Origin: Pedosphaera sp.
GTDB taxonomy: Bacteria; Verrucomicrobiota; Verrucomicrobiia; Limisphaerales; SIBH01
Length of the DNA stretch: 64,000 nt
Direction: 5' to 3'
NCBI GenBank assembly: GCA_031414955.1
Contig: JANOQV010000208.1
Location: 1-64,000 of the forward strand
In this document: positions 21,497-36,017 of the stretch, piece after piece
Numbering within the stretch: position 1 is the stretch's first letter
How the letters are laid out: each line of letters begins with the position of its first letter
The notes under the pieces: model-generated
What the model was told of the DNA's origin: nothing
Databases searched by the model: none
What the model saw: only the letters and a program-made list of their open reading frames with translations
Position numbers and translations under genes: made by a program

Positions 21497-23293
21497 TTAC
21501 TGGGCCACGACGCGGTAGAAAGTAGGCGAGCCCTGGGCGGGCACTCGGAACTCCAGCCCGCCGTCCGCCGCCGTCGTGTTCGTCGCCACCGGCCACCAGT
21601 CATCAAGATTCATCGTTTGCTCCAACGCATAGGCGCGGCCTTCTTCGGCGGTCCCGGTGATGAAATTTGTGCCGTCGGCTTCACGCCGGATCTGGAGCCG
21701 GGGTCCAACGCCCCCCGGCCGGTTGAAGGTGAGGTCGCCGCCGTAATTGGTCCCGGCCTGGTTGTAAGCCACGATGCGGAAGTGATAGGTGGCATCCGAA
21801 GTGAGCGGGTAGAGGAAGGCGGACACCGGTACGCTGGAGGTGCCGGCGGGCACGAGCGGCCCGGCGAGGATGTTGCCATAGCTGGCGTTGGTTCCCCATT
21901 GGAAATAGACCGTCGTCTCGTCGTTGTTCGGCATGACCGTCCCCCGCAAGTAGGCGTAGGGATGGGCAAGTGTCGGTGGGCTCGCGGGCAGCACGGTGGC
22001 CGGAGTCGTGGTGGCCAAGGGTGCTCCGAGCAGGGAAACGAAGGTCGTATCACTGCCGCGAACCACGCCCGCCGCATTGCTGGCCGCCACGCGGAAATGA
22101 TAAGTCGCGCCCAGGGCCAGCCCGCCGATGGTGTGAGCCACGTCGATGAAGGCCAGTCCGCCTCCGATGTTTTGGCCGGGCGTTTTGTTTCCGTAGTTGG
22201 TGGTGCTCCCCCAGTCAAACCAGGCTGAAGCCAGTGGTCCGTGGGGATTCACCGTGCCGCGCAAGGTGGCGAAACTGATCGCGTGCAACTCGGCATTGGT
22301 CGTGAAGACGAGGGGCGGCAGATACAAGGGAGTGGTGAACACGCGATCCAGGCCGAGGGAGAAGGCGCTGCTGGCATTGGTGGCCACGGCGCGGAAGTGA
22401 TAGGTCGCGCCGGGCACGAGATTGTTTAACGCGGTGAGAATGGGTCCGAAGCTCGTGCCGGCGGGAAGCACTACGAAGGGCGTGGTGTTTCCGTAGTTGG
22501 TGGTGAGACCCCATTGGAAGGCCGCCGTGGCCAAATAGCCGCCGGGGTTTACGCTGCCGTGCAGCGTCGCGGCGTTGGTGGTGAGGACGGCGGCGGGCGT
22601 GGTGGTGGCGGTGGGCAGTAGCCACTGGAGCGTGGTGAAGACGGAATCCGCGCCGCGCGCCAGGCCCGCGCTGTTCGAGGCCACCACGCGGTAATGATAG
22701 GTGCGGTTGGCCACGAGGTTGGTGATGAATTGCTGCACCGGAATCTTCACCCCCACGGCCGCGAGCGGTTGCGTGGCGGTGGTGGCGGTGTAATTCGTGT
22801 TGGTTCCCCATTCGAACCAGACGGCGGAAGCCAGGCTGTTCGGGTTGACCGTGCCGAGCAGCACGGCGGTGTAGGCCGTAAGGTTGGTCACGATGCCGCC
22901 CGAGGGCGTAGGTGGACCACTCGGCGTGGTGGCGAAAATCATGTCCGCGCCGAGGGCCGCGCCGACGCTGTTCGTGGCCACGATGCGATAATGGTAGGTC
23001 GTGCCAGGCTGGAGTGGGATGAGTTGCAGAGTCAGTTCGCCGTCCCAGTAATCAGGCAGGTTGAAGCCAGACGCGGCCACCGTCAGTTCGTAGTTCGTGG
23101 TCTGGCCCCACTGGAAACGAGCGTGGGTGGGAAGATCATTGGCCCCCACCATCGCCTTCAGGCTGGCCCGGTCGCTGGAAACACTCTGTGGGGGCAGGGT
23201 CACGGCCGAAGGGGCCGCCGCGTGCGCTGTCAGCGCCGCCGCAGCGATGAGGAAAGCTGCCGTACGCAGCGCTAGAACCTTCATGCCGGCCAT
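21497..23293 (-). CDS. Secreted fibronectin type III repeat protein (5 repeats)
   Basis: Five copies of GTVNP...F(E/Q/D)WG.T.NYG...YH(Y/F)R.VA.N; signal peptide. Confidence 0.82.
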   Translation of the reverse strand: MAGMKVLALRTAAFLIAAAALTAHAAAPSAVTLPPQSVSSDRASLKAMVGANDLPTHARFQWGQTTNYELTVAASGFNLPDYWDGELTLQLIPLQPGTTYHYRIVATNSVGAALGADMIFATTPSGPPTPSGGIVTNLTAYTAVLLGTVNPNSLASAVWFEWGTNTNYTATTATQPLAAVGVKIPVQQFITNLVANRTYHYRVVASNSAGLARGADSVFTTLQWLLPTATTTPAAVLTTNAATLHGSVNPGGYLATAAFQWGLTTNYGNTTPFVVLPAGTSFGPILTALNNLVPGATYHFRAVATNASSAFSLGLDRVFTTPLYLPPLVFTTNAELHAISFATLRGTVNPHGPLASAWFDWGSTTNYGNKTPGQNIGGGLAFIDVAHTIGGLALGATYHFRVAASNAAGVVRGSDTTFVSLLGAPLATTTPATVLPASPPTLAHPYAYLRGTVMPNNDETTVYFQWGTNASYGNILAGPLVPAGTSSVPVSAFLYPLTSDATYHFRIVAYNQAGTNYGGDLTFNRPGGVGPRLQIRREADGTNFITGTAEEGRAYALEQTMNLDDWWPVATNTTAADGGLEFRVPAQGSPTFYRVVAQ

Positions 23294-23429
23294 TTGGATT
23301 GTGTGTATCTCACCACAACGAAGCGGGGCCGGGAAGCGGGAAGTGACGATTCTGTGAAATTTTCCAGACCGACGGCTGTCGTGCCCGGCCCGGCCTCGAT
23401 CCACCCGGCGGAGCGATGAGCCTGCCCCC

Positions 23430-23471
23430 GAACTTTGAACCTTGAACTTTGAACGGTTGAACCCTGAACTT
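23430..23471. repeat. Heptamer tandem repeat (TGAACnn-type) upstream of mutS
   Basis: GAACTTTGAACCTTGAACTTTGAACGGTTGAACCCTGAACTT. Confidence 0.8.
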
Positions 23472-23484
23472 CGCCCCGCGCAAA

Positions 23485-26061
<2,577 letters not shown>

Positions 26062-26106
26062 AGAACAAGTACTCGCGTGATTCGCGCCTTGCGATATGCT
26101 GAACGA

Positions 26107-26403
26107 GTGAAAGCGAAGACCATCAATTACCCGCACCTCACGAGCAGCCCGCGGATCGCGAACGGTGTTCCTATCATCAAGGGGACGCGCATCGCTGTGC
26201 GAACGATTGCCGGCTACTACCAGCTCGGTCTGTCGCCGGATGAAATTTTGCAAAGCCTGCCGCATCTCACTCAGTCCCAGCTTCACGCGGCGCTGGCTTA
26301 TTATTTCGATCACCAGAAGGAGATTGATCGCGACCTCAAGCGCAATTCTGACATGGAGCGGTGGCGCAAGCTGGCTGTCCCGCCCCACCTGGCCGCCGCC
26401 TGA
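26107..26403 (+). CDS. DUF433 family antitoxin
   Basis: PRIANGVPIIKGTRIAV...EIL..PHLT..QLHAALAYY; GTG start after TATGCT. Confidence 0.88.
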   Translation: MKAKTINYPHLTSSPRIANGVPIIKGTRIAVRTIAGYYQLGLSPDEILQSLPHLTQSQLHAALAYYFDHQKEIDRDLKRNSDMERWRKLAVPPHLAAA

Positions 26404-26408
26404 TTCTC

Positions 26409-26747
26409 ATGTCTCCGCGTCTCTTGCTGGATGAGGACGTTCACGCGGTTCTCGCCACGGCTTTGCGAAAGCGGGGTTACGACGTGGTCCACGTCCTGGA
26501 GGAAAAGCGCCTCGGTTTGCCTGACGAAAGCCAGTTGCTCCATGCGACCGCCCAAGGCCGTTGCCTGATGACTTTCAACGTGGGTGATTTCGTTCAACTC
26601 CACAACCGATGGACAGGCAGCGGGCCTGGGCACGCGGGCATCATCGTGTCCAAGCAACTGCCTGTCGGGGAAACGCTCCGCCGACTTTTGGTCGTGCTGC
26701 AAAGCGAAACTGCTGAATCCATGAACGGGCAGGTCAGGTTTCTATAG
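26409..26747 (+). CDS. DUF5615 family PIN-like toxin
   Basis: LLLDEDV...LRKRGYDV...GLPD..LL..A..GRCLMTFNVGDF...HAGII. Confidence 0.88.
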   Translation: MSPRLLLDEDVHAVLATALRKRGYDVVHVLEEKRLGLPDESQLLHATAQGRCLMTFNVGDFVQLHNRWTGSGPGHAGIIVSKQLPVGETLRRLLVVLQSETAESMNGQVRFL

Positions 26748-26766
26748 GGCCGGGAGCACATCGGCG

Positions 26767-26794
26767 TTGACGCTTCCCGCTCGCTTCCTACACT
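26767..26794 (+). promoter_or_regulatory. Sigma70-type promoter of acs
   Basis: TTGACG-N16-TACACT, 9 nt before the ATG. Confidence 0.6.
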
Positions 26795-26803
26795 CGCCGC
26801 CCT

Positions 26804-28807
<2,004 letters not shown>

Positions 28808-28885
28808 AGCGGCCGGAAGACGGGAGGAAAAATGTCCGCTCGCTGGGCTTGACCCGCAGGACTCCGAATCTAGTCTGCCGGACAT

Positions 28886-29710
28886 ATGAACCCGGCTCCC
28901 TCCCGAGCTTCCGATCGTCGCGGCATCTCCACCAGGCTGGCGCTCCTGATCATTGGCGCGGCCCTGTTCCTTTCCCTGCTCCTGATCGTTGGCGTGTTTG
29001 TCGCCTGGCGCGTTTTCCAACCCGTAAATCGTCCGGACAACGTTGCCCAGTCATCGCCCGAGCCCACGCCATCCGCCGTCGTCCCTTCAGGACCAACAGA
29101 ATTGCCAGTGAACGTCGCCAAAGACTTTCAATTTGTGAAGAAGGGTTGGCCCATGAAACTATCCACCGGCCAGAGCAACCTGCCACGCTGGTCCACCCGG
29201 CCGCCGGCCCATCTCAGGAAACCGCCCAGCGCGGAAGGCGAGGTGCTTTACGTCACGCTGCCCCTGGGCAACGTGCCCGAGGAACAAATTTCCGTGGCCA
29301 TGGTGGGCGGAGAGCAACTCTATTTCGACGACAACGGCAACGGGGATTTTTCCGATGATGCCGCCCCTTGTCCCAAACTTTCCTGCAACCGCACCTTCAG
29401 CGTCGCCGTGCAGGCCCAGGATGGAACCATCAAGCACCGCCCCTACTACGTCTGGTTTTGGTACATCGCCACCCAGGGAGCGCCGCGCTTCTACAGTGTC
29501 GGCCACTACACCCGGGATTTGCGCATCGGCACCGAGACTTTCCCGGCCGTGGTGTTCGAGCAGAAAAATCACAGCGCCCTGCTCCGCGACGACGGGCTCT
29601 GGATCGACCTCAACCGCGACGGTCAACTCACCAAGGAGGAACACTTCATGGACGGCGATGTGTTTACCTTAAATGGCCAGCCTTACAAGCTGGCCCTTCA
29701 ATCCGACTAA
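28886..29710 (+). CDS. Hypothetical membrane-anchored protein with DxNxDG-type motifs
   Basis: Single N-terminal TM helix, Pro-rich linker, DDNGNGDFSDD and DLNRDGQL. Confidence 0.7.
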   Translation: MNPAPSRASDRRGISTRLALLIIGAALFLSLLLIVGVFVAWRVFQPVNRPDNVAQSSPEPTPSAVVPSGPTELPVNVAKDFQFVKKGWPMKLSTGQSNLPRWSTRPPAHLRKPPSAEGEVLYVTLPLGNVPEEQISVAMVGGEQLYFDDNGNGDFSDDAAPCPKLSCNRTFSVAVQAQDGTIKHRPYYVWFWYIATQGAPRFYSVGHYTRDLRIGTETFPAVVFEQKNHSALLRDDGLWIDLNRDGQLTKEEHFMDGDVFTLNGQPYKLALQSD

Positions 29711-29791
29711 GCAGACCGCACGCTCGAAGTCTTTGGCGCGCCGGCCTGCTCAGTTCGATGGAGGAGCAGTCCATTTCCTGCCAGCCCGGAA

Positions 29792-31351
29792 CTAGACCCC
29801 CCGACACTCCAACTCCACCACGCTCACGGAGCGGGCGGGGAAACGCCACTTGAGGGCGTCGCCGGCGGGCAGCGCGTGTTCGCGCGGCTTGAAGACGTCC
29901 GGGTTGATGGGGCTGATTTCCTGGCGCAGGTTCTCGGGGGAGATTTCCAGCACGCGTCCGCCCGTGGCCACGAAGCCGTCCACGACGAAACTCGCCTCGG
30001 TGGTGCCGGAGAAATTCTTGTTGGCCACATGCAGGAACATTTTGTCGCCGGTGCGGCTCGCGCAAATGTCGAGGCTGGCGGGCGCAGATTTCACGGTCAC
30101 GCCCTGCGCGCCGTTGTGCCGCTTGAAGAGGCGCATGACCGCGCCCACGGGCAGGAGATAGCTCACGCCACCGGGCACCTGGTGGATGATGGCGTTGGTC
30201 GTCCAGCGGTTGCCGTTGAAGTCGGCGGCGGTGGAAATCTTCACCTTGTCGCCGTGACGCTGGAAGAGGTTCATGACGCGCGCGTGATACACGCCGGTCA
30301 GCCACTCGGCGAGAATGGGGTTGGAGTTGTGCGGCTGGAGGCTGAGATGCCCCTCGGTGATGGCGATGCCGTGTTTGGAATTGCGTTTGGCCAGCGCGTC
30401 TTCGAGCGCGAGCAGCTTGTCCTCGATGCGCGGCTTGATGAGTTCCATCAGTTCCTCCCACGCGCGCTCGGGCTGGGCCTGGTAAAGGTTGCCGCGCAGC
30501 ACCGTGTCCTTGCGCATGGGCTGCTGGCCCATCATGTGAACGGCGACGTATTCGAGATGCTCACCCGCGCGGTCCACGAGATCGCCGGCCCAGCCGTTGT
30601 CGCCCCAGCCGATGAGCTTGAGTGACCGGTCGCGCTCGTGCATGGCCTTGGCGAAGTCGATGGTCGTGGCGATGGCGTCATCTTTCTTGAAGACGGCATT
30701 GCCGTAGCTGGTCTCATTGCCGAGCTGCCAGATTTTGAGATTGAACGGCTCCGCAGCACCGTTGCGTTTGCGTTCGGCGTGGTCAGGATCGTTGGTGTAG
30801 CTCACCCAATCAGCGGCTTCACGCGCGTCGCCGGTGCGGTTGCCCTGGGGCGTGTTCGCGTAACGCTTCTCTCCGTCGCCGAGGAAATTCACGCAATACA
30901 TCGGCTCGGTGTTGACGCGCCGGCAGTAGTCCACGAACTCGTGCGTGCCCACGCGATGCGTCTCCCAGCCGCCCCAGACGTAGTTGCGATACGGCGGGCG
31001 CTTCGCGGCGGGGCCGACGCCTTCGCGCCACTTGTAGTAGCGGCTGAGGAGACCGCCGAAGCGCATCATGCCGGGCGCGAGATCTTTCGTGGTGTCGATG
31101 AAGTCCTTGCGCCAGTCGTCGCGATTGTAATCCCACGACGCCTCGACCGACGAGTCGGTGACGCCGAGCGGCTCCATGAACTGCATGTAGAGATGCGGCG
31201 AAATGTCGAAGAGCGGCCTGGGGTCGATGACGATCGCGCTACCGGTGCCGGCGGCTGCGGCAGCCTGCGCGCGGGCCAGCGTGTGGATTTTGGAAATGGC
31301 CGTAACCACGGTGGCCGCGGCGACACGGGAAAGGAATTGTCGGCGTTTCAT
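29792..31351 (-). CDS. Alpha-L-arabinofuranosidase (GH51-like), Tat-exported
   Basis: KRRQFL Tat motif; QFMEPLG, MRFGG, YKWREGVGP, GTHEF, AADWVSYTN, WQLGNE. Confidence 0.85.
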   Translation of the reverse strand: MKRRQFLSRVAAATVVTAISKIHTLARAQAAAAAGTGSAIVIDPRPLFDISPHLYMQFMEPLGVTDSSVEASWDYNRDDWRKDFIDTTKDLAPGMMRFGGLLSRYYKWREGVGPAAKRPPYRNYVWGGWETHRVGTHEFVDYCRRVNTEPMYCVNFLGDGEKRYANTPQGNRTGDAREAADWVSYTNDPDHAERKRNGAAEPFNLKIWQLGNETSYGNAVFKKDDAIATTIDFAKAMHERDRSLKLIGWGDNGWAGDLVDRAGEHLEYVAVHMMGQQPMRKDTVLRGNLYQAQPERAWEELMELIKPRIEDKLLALEDALAKRNSKHGIAITEGHLSLQPHNSNPILAEWLTGVYHARVMNLFQRHGDKVKISTAADFNGNRWTTNAIIHQVPGGVSYLLPVGAVMRLFKRHNGAQGVTVKSAPASLDICASRTGDKMFLHVANKNFSGTTEASFVVDGFVATGGRVLEISPENLRQEISPINPDVFKPREHALPAGDALKWRFPARSVSVVELECRGV

Positions 31352-31475
31352 GGTGATTGATTTCAGGCAGCGAACACGAAACGGCGCAGGCTGTCCATGT
31401 TCGCAATCCACCTTTCTGCGGCCAAGGATTCGCTGATGGTCCGCCATCCCGCCGCCTCCATTTAGCGAACTGGCC

Positions 31476-31877
31476 TCAACGTGGCTCCGGTCGTTTTTTG
31501 GCTGGTGCAACCTTGAATTCCCGAATGGTCAGTTCGGCAAAGGGAAAAGTCTTAGGATAGGACACGATGGTTTCTTTCAAGTAGCCGCCCACCCCGCCGG
31601 ACTCGTTCAACTGGCGCAGTTTGTCCCAGACGGTTGGAGGTACATGGGAGTAGCGGTAAAATTTTTCCGTCTTTCGGCTCACGAACCGCACGGTCAACTG
31701 CTTTGTCTTCGCGTCGTAGCGTCCCAGGTCGATACAGCTTGAGGCGAATGTCTCAAATGTCCACGGTTCCGCGCCGGCCTCTGGAACTTCCGCCGCCCAC
31801 CCCGGCCGCACCGGCCATAAAAAAGGCAGGCTCAAAATTGAGCCTGCCTTCGCGAGAAACTGACGGCGACCGATCAT
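31476..31877 (-). CDS. KTSC domain protein with Tat-like signal
   Basis: GRRQFL; SSCIDLGRYDAKTKQLTVRF...YRYSHVPPTVW...GGY. Confidence 0.7.
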   Translation of the reverse strand: MIGRRQFLAKAGSILSLPFLWPVRPGWAAEVPEAGAEPWTFETFASSCIDLGRYDAKTKQLTVRFVSRKTEKFYRYSHVPPTVWDKLRQLNESGGVGGYLKETIVSYPKTFPFAELTIREFKVAPAKKRPEPR

Positions 31878-32242
31878 TTCACCGGAGCGTCCTTCTTGGG
31901 TGTGAGGGCCGGTTTCGGTCCGAGGCGAACGGAGACAAGATTCAGTTTCTTGTCGTCGCCTTCGCGATAGGCCCCGCCGACTTCGTCGTCAGCTTTCGCG
32001 TCCGCCAGCGTGGCCGGTTTGTTGTCCTTCATGAAGCGCGTGGTGGAGGTGACTTGGAACACGCGTTCGCCGACTTTGATGGTCTTGGCCTGTTGATCCA
32101 CGGCGGCGATTTTTCCGTTGAATGGAACCGCCCGCCCGGGCGCTGCCTTCTGCGCCGCCGGCTTGGCGTCGGCGGCGGCGGCGGGCAATGTGGTGCAGGC
32201 GGCCAAGGCCGCGACCGTGAGTGCGAGGATGAGTTTTTTCAT
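31874..32242 (-). CDS. Small secreted protein (OB-fold-like)
   Basis: Signal peptide; PFNGKIAAVD..AKTI..GERVFQVT..KPATLAD. Confidence 0.75.
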   Translation of the reverse strand: MKKLILALTVAALAACTTLPAAAADAKPAAQKAAPGRAVPFNGKIAAVDQQAKTIKVGERVFQVTSTTRFMKDNKPATLADAKADDEVGGAYREGDDKKLNLVSVRLGPKPALTPKKDAPVK

Positions 32243-32487
32243 GGTTCTAGTTTGGGCTTTGATTTTTCCCGTGGAGGTTTTGCCTGAACGGTTACGGGAC
32301 TGCTACCCATGTGGTCTCAGCCTGGCAAGCGCAATTTATCCTCCATTTTTCCGGGAGGCAACGGACCCGCGCCGCCGTGAAACGATGAGCCGGACTTGTT
32401 TCCTGTGCTTGGGCCGAGAGCGCGCGACCACGAAGATGGCAACACCTTCACGAGGCACCCGGTGGAAGGCGGGCCTGAAACATCCCG

Positions 32488-32516
32488 TTGACGCTCCCCA
32501 GCCTTCTCCCCACACT
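32488..32516 (+). promoter_or_regulatory. Sigma70-type promoter upstream of the phosphoglycerate mutase gene
   Basis: TTGACG-N17-CACACT. Confidence 0.5.
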
Positions 32517-32585
32517 TCGACGGCCTGCGACCCAGGCGCGTTGTTTCTTAACCCTGAACTGGAAACTGGAACTCAATTTGTCTCT

Positions 32586-33809
32586 ATGAAACTCGACAGC
32601 GTTTACTCGAATCTCACCATCAAGACGGGGGCCAAAATGGTCCTGGTGGTCATGGATGGGGTCGGCGACATCGCCACCAAACAAAGCAGCTACCTCACCC
32701 CGTTGGAAGCCGCCTACACCCCGCATCTCGATGCGTTGAGCAAGGACTCGGCGCAAGGGCGCATGATTCCCGTGGCCCCCGGCATCACGCCCGGCAGCGG
32801 CCCGGGGCATCTCGGTCTGTTCGGCTATGACCCGCTGGAATTTCAAGTCGGTCGCGGCGTCATCGAGGCGCTCGGTCTCGGCTTGGAATTGAAGGGTGGG
32901 GACGTGGCGGCCCGGGCCAACTTCTGCACCTTGAATGCCAAAGGTCTGGTCACGGATCGTCGCGCCGGGCGTATCCCCACCGAGAAGTGCGAGGAATTGT
33001 GCGCATTGCTGGCCAGCAAGATTAAGAAGATCGGCGACACGCAGGTCATCATCAAGGCGGGCAAGGAGCACCGCTTTGTGGTCATCTTCCGCGGCAAGGG
33101 ACTCGAAGGTCCGCTCACCGATTCCGATCCGAACCGCGAAGGATTGCCCATCGCGACGGTCAAGCCGACGAACGCCAAGTCGTTGAAGCAGAAGAAAGCC
33201 GCCAAGCTCGTCGCCGATTTCTACAAGCTTGCCCTGCCTTTGCTGGCGAAGCAGCAGCCGGCGAATGGTTTCCTGCTGCGCGGCATTGCCCACCAGCCGG
33301 AGATTCCGACCTTCGAGGAGCGTTACCAGATGCGGCCCGCCGCCATCGCGGTGTATCCGATGTACAAGGGACTGGCGCAACTTGTGGGCATGGCGAAGAT
33401 CGAAGGGCCGCAGACGATTCGCGAGCAGTTCGAGCGCTACGTGGCCGAGTACGCGAACTACGATTACTTCTTCATTCACTACAAGTACACGGACAAGTAC
33501 GGCGAAGACGGCAACTTCGCGGCCAAGAAAAAAGCCATCGAGGAACTGGACGCCGCGCTGCCCGTGCTCTTGCAGAAGAAGCCGGACGTGCTGGTGGTCA
33601 CCGGCGATCACTCCACGCCTTGCGCGATGAAGGGCCACTCCTGGCATCCGCAGCCGGTGCTGATCCACTCCGCCATCTGCGGATCAGACAAGCTGGACCG
33701 CTTCACCGAGACGGGCGCAAACCTCGGATCACTGGGCGTCTTCGAGGCAAAATTTCTCATCCGCCACATGCAGGCCAACGCGAAGATGTTCGACAAGTTT
33801 GGCGCGTGA
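32586..33809 (+). CDS. apgM: 2,3-bisphosphoglycerate-independent phosphoglycerate mutase (ApgM type)
   Basis: MDGVGD, TPLEAA, PGSGPGHLGLFGYDP, GRGVIEA, DRRAGRI, TGDHSTP, HSWHP. Confidence 0.92.
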   Translation: MKLDSVYSNLTIKTGAKMVLVVMDGVGDIATKQSSYLTPLEAAYTPHLDALSKDSAQGRMIPVAPGITPGSGPGHLGLFGYDPLEFQVGRGVIEALGLGLELKGGDVAARANFCTLNAKGLVTDRRAGRIPTEKCEELCALLASKIKKIGDTQVIIKAGKEHRFVVIFRGKGLEGPLTDSDPNREGLPIATVKPTNAKSLKQKKAAKLVADFYKLALPLLAKQQPANGFLLRGIAHQPEIPTFEERYQMRPAAIAVYPMYKGLAQLVGMAKIEGPQTIREQFERYVAEYANYDYFFIHYKYTDKYGEDGNFAAKKKAIEELDAALPVLLQKKPDVLVVTGDHSTPCAMKGHSWHPQPVLIHSAICGSDKLDRFTETGANLGSLGVFEAKFLIRHMQANAKMFDKFGA

Positions 33810-33880
33810 AGCGGGCTGGTGGCACCGCGACCAGGCCGCCTGCCGCGTCCTGGTCCGGCCCCGCACCGGCATCTTGGAAG

Positions 33881-34609
33881 ATGGACAAACGAATCGCATT
33901 GGTTACGGGAGCCAGCCGGGGCATCGGCCGGGCGGTGGCGGTGGCGCTGGCCGGGGCCGGTTGCCATGTGCTGATCAATTTCCGCAGCCGACAGCCGGAC
34001 GCGGAAGAAACACTGTCCCTCGTCCAGCGCGCCGGCGGCACCGGCGAGTTGTGCCCCTTCGATGTCGCCGACGCCGCGGCCAGCGCGCAGTCGTTGGAAC
34101 AGGCGCTGCAAGTTCATCAGCGCATCGACATTCTGGTCAATAACGCCGGCCTCCGGCGTGATGCGTTGCTTGTCTTCATGAAGCGTGAGCAGTGGGCCGA
34201 GGTCATGGCCACGAATCTCGACAGCTTCTTCCACGTCACCCAGCCCGTCGTGAAACAGATGGCGCTGAACCGTTGGGGCCGGGTCGTGACCGTGGCCTCC
34301 ACCGCCGGGCAGACCGGGCTGGAGGGGCAGGCCAATTACGCGGCGGCCAAGGCCGGCGTCATCGGCGCCTCCAAGTCGCTCGCGCGCGAGGTGGCCAAAC
34401 GCGGCGTGACGGTCAATGTGCTCGCACCCGGATTCATCGAGACGGAAATGACGGCCGGATTGCCGCGCGAGCAGCTCAAGACACAGATCCCCGCCGGTCG
34501 CTTCGGCCAGCCCGAGGAAGTCGCGGCCGCCGCCGTGTTCCTGTGCTCGGAGGCCGCGGCCTACATCACAGGCGCGGTGTTGAACATCAACGGCGGCGTT
34601 TACACCTGA
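33881..34609 (+). CDS. fabG: 3-oxoacyl-ACP reductase
   Basis: TGASRGIG, NNAG, GQANYAAAK, PGFIETEM. Confidence 0.9.
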   Translation: MDKRIALVTGASRGIGRAVAVALAGAGCHVLINFRSRQPDAEETLSLVQRAGGTGELCPFDVADAAASAQSLEQALQVHQRIDILVNNAGLRRDALLVFMKREQWAEVMATNLDSFFHVTQPVVKQMALNRWGRVVTVASTAGQTGLEGQANYAAAKAGVIGASKSLAREVAKRGVTVNVLAPGFIETEMTAGLPREQLKTQIPAGRFGQPEEVAAAAVFLCSEAAAYITGAVLNINGGVYT

Positions 34610-34610
34610 C

Positions 34611-35603
34611 ATGGCGGCCAGCGATTCATCATCCGGCCACTGGTCGGGCACCGGCCAACTGCGCGGCGGCACGCGCGGCATCTGGTTTTTCCTCACCGCG
34701 CTGCGCATCCTGGGCCTGCGCCTGACCTACGCGCTCTGCGTGCCGCCGGCGATTTACTTCTCCTTCGTCTCGCCGGACGTGGGGGCCACCATGGATTACC
34801 ACCGGCGCATTTTCGGCGCGGTGCCGTGGTGGAAGCGGCGCTGGCTGGTCTTCAAACACTTCCTCAGCTTCGGCCACGCGCTCATCGATCGCACCGCGAT
34901 TCTGGCCGGCCACACCAGCAAATTCTCCTTCACCTTCGACGGTGAAAATCATTTGCGCGGCGCGGTCAAGGAAGGCCGGGGCGTGCTTCTGCTCACCGCG
35001 CACATCGGCAACTGGGAGGCCGCCGGCATGCTGCTCTCCCGCCTCGAAGTGCCCATCAACGTGACTGGCTTCGACAAGGAGACGGCCGAGATCCGCTCCC
35101 TGCTCAGTCAGGCTTCCAAGGCCAAGTTCCGCCTCATCCCGCTGACCGGCGGACCGACCGACGCCATCCCGCTTGTCGCCGCGCTCCGCCGCGGCGAAGT
35201 GGTGGCCATGCTTGGAGATCGTTCCTACGGCAGTCCCTCTGCCAGCATTCCTTTCCTGGGCGGCGCGGCCCCGTTCCCCATCGGCGCTTATGTGCTCGCC
35301 TCCATCGCTGGCGCGCCGCTGGTGCCCGTGTTCAGCCTGAAAGAAGCGGGCGGCCACTACCGCTTTTTCGGCTTTCCGCCGCAACGTCCGCAATTGCCGA
35401 ACCATGATCAGCGCGACGCCTATCTGCGCGAGTGCGCTCAGAAATTTTCGGCCAATCTCGAATCGGTTCTCCAACGTGATCCGTTGCAGTGGTACAATTT
35501 TTATCCGTTCTGGAATCCGCCCCCGTTGCGGAGCGCCCCCGCTCCGTTCGGCGGAAACCCAACGCCCTCCGCTCGCGCCCGCGCTGCCTCAACTCCGCGC
35601 TGA
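34611..35603 (+). CDS. Lysophospholipid/LpxL-like acyltransferase
   Basis: TAHIGNWE, MLGDR, FLGG.APFP.G, PLQWYNFYPFW. Confidence 0.85.
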   Translation: MAASDSSSGHWSGTGQLRGGTRGIWFFLTALRILGLRLTYALCVPPAIYFSFVSPDVGATMDYHRRIFGAVPWWKRRWLVFKHFLSFGHALIDRTAILAGHTSKFSFTFDGENHLRGAVKEGRGVLLLTAHIGNWEAAGMLLSRLEVPINVTGFDKETAEIRSLLSQASKAKFRLIPLTGGPTDAIPLVAALRRGEVVAMLGDRSYGSPSASIPFLGGAAPFPIGAYVLASIAGAPLVPVFSLKEAGGHYRFFGFPPQRPQLPNHDQRDAYLRECAQKFSANLESVLQRDPLQWYNFYPFWNPPPLRSAPAPFGGNPTPSARARAASTPR

Positions 35604-35606
35604 ACC

Positions 35607-36017
35607 ATGCCGGTCGCCATTGAAACCCTTCTCCCCCATCGCTCGCCGATGCGCTGGATCGATGAACTGGTCGAGTTCACGGATACGACCGCCGTCTCCA
35701 GCGCCTGCTTTTCGGCGGATCATTTCGCCGTGGCGGATGGAGCCGTCCTTGAAACCGCGCTGGTCGAGTGCGTGGCCCAGACTGTTGCCGCCGCGCAGGG
35801 CGCGCGGGCCAAGGCCGGCGGTCCATCCGGCCCGCCCGCTGGTGGCATGCTGGCCGCGGTTTCCGGCTTCCGCGTCACCTCGCGTCCGCCCTGCGACCAG
35901 ACGTTGCGCATCGAGGTGTGCGAGGTGAAACGCTTTGGCCCCATGCTGCTCGTCGCCGGTACGGTGACTTGCGCCGGGCAAGTCGTGGCCTCGGGAGAAC
36001 TGACGTTGTATGCCTGA
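35607..36017 (+). CDS. Hotdog-fold 3-hydroxyacyl-ACP dehydratase-like protein
   Basis: LLPHRSPMRWID...ECVAQTVAA. Confidence 0.8.
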   Translation: MPVAIETLLPHRSPMRWIDELVEFTDTTAVSSACFSADHFAVADGAVLETALVECVAQTVAAAQGARAKAGGPSGPPAGGMLAAVSGFRVTSRPPCDQTLRIEVCEVKRFGPMLLVAGTVTCAGQVVASGELTLYA

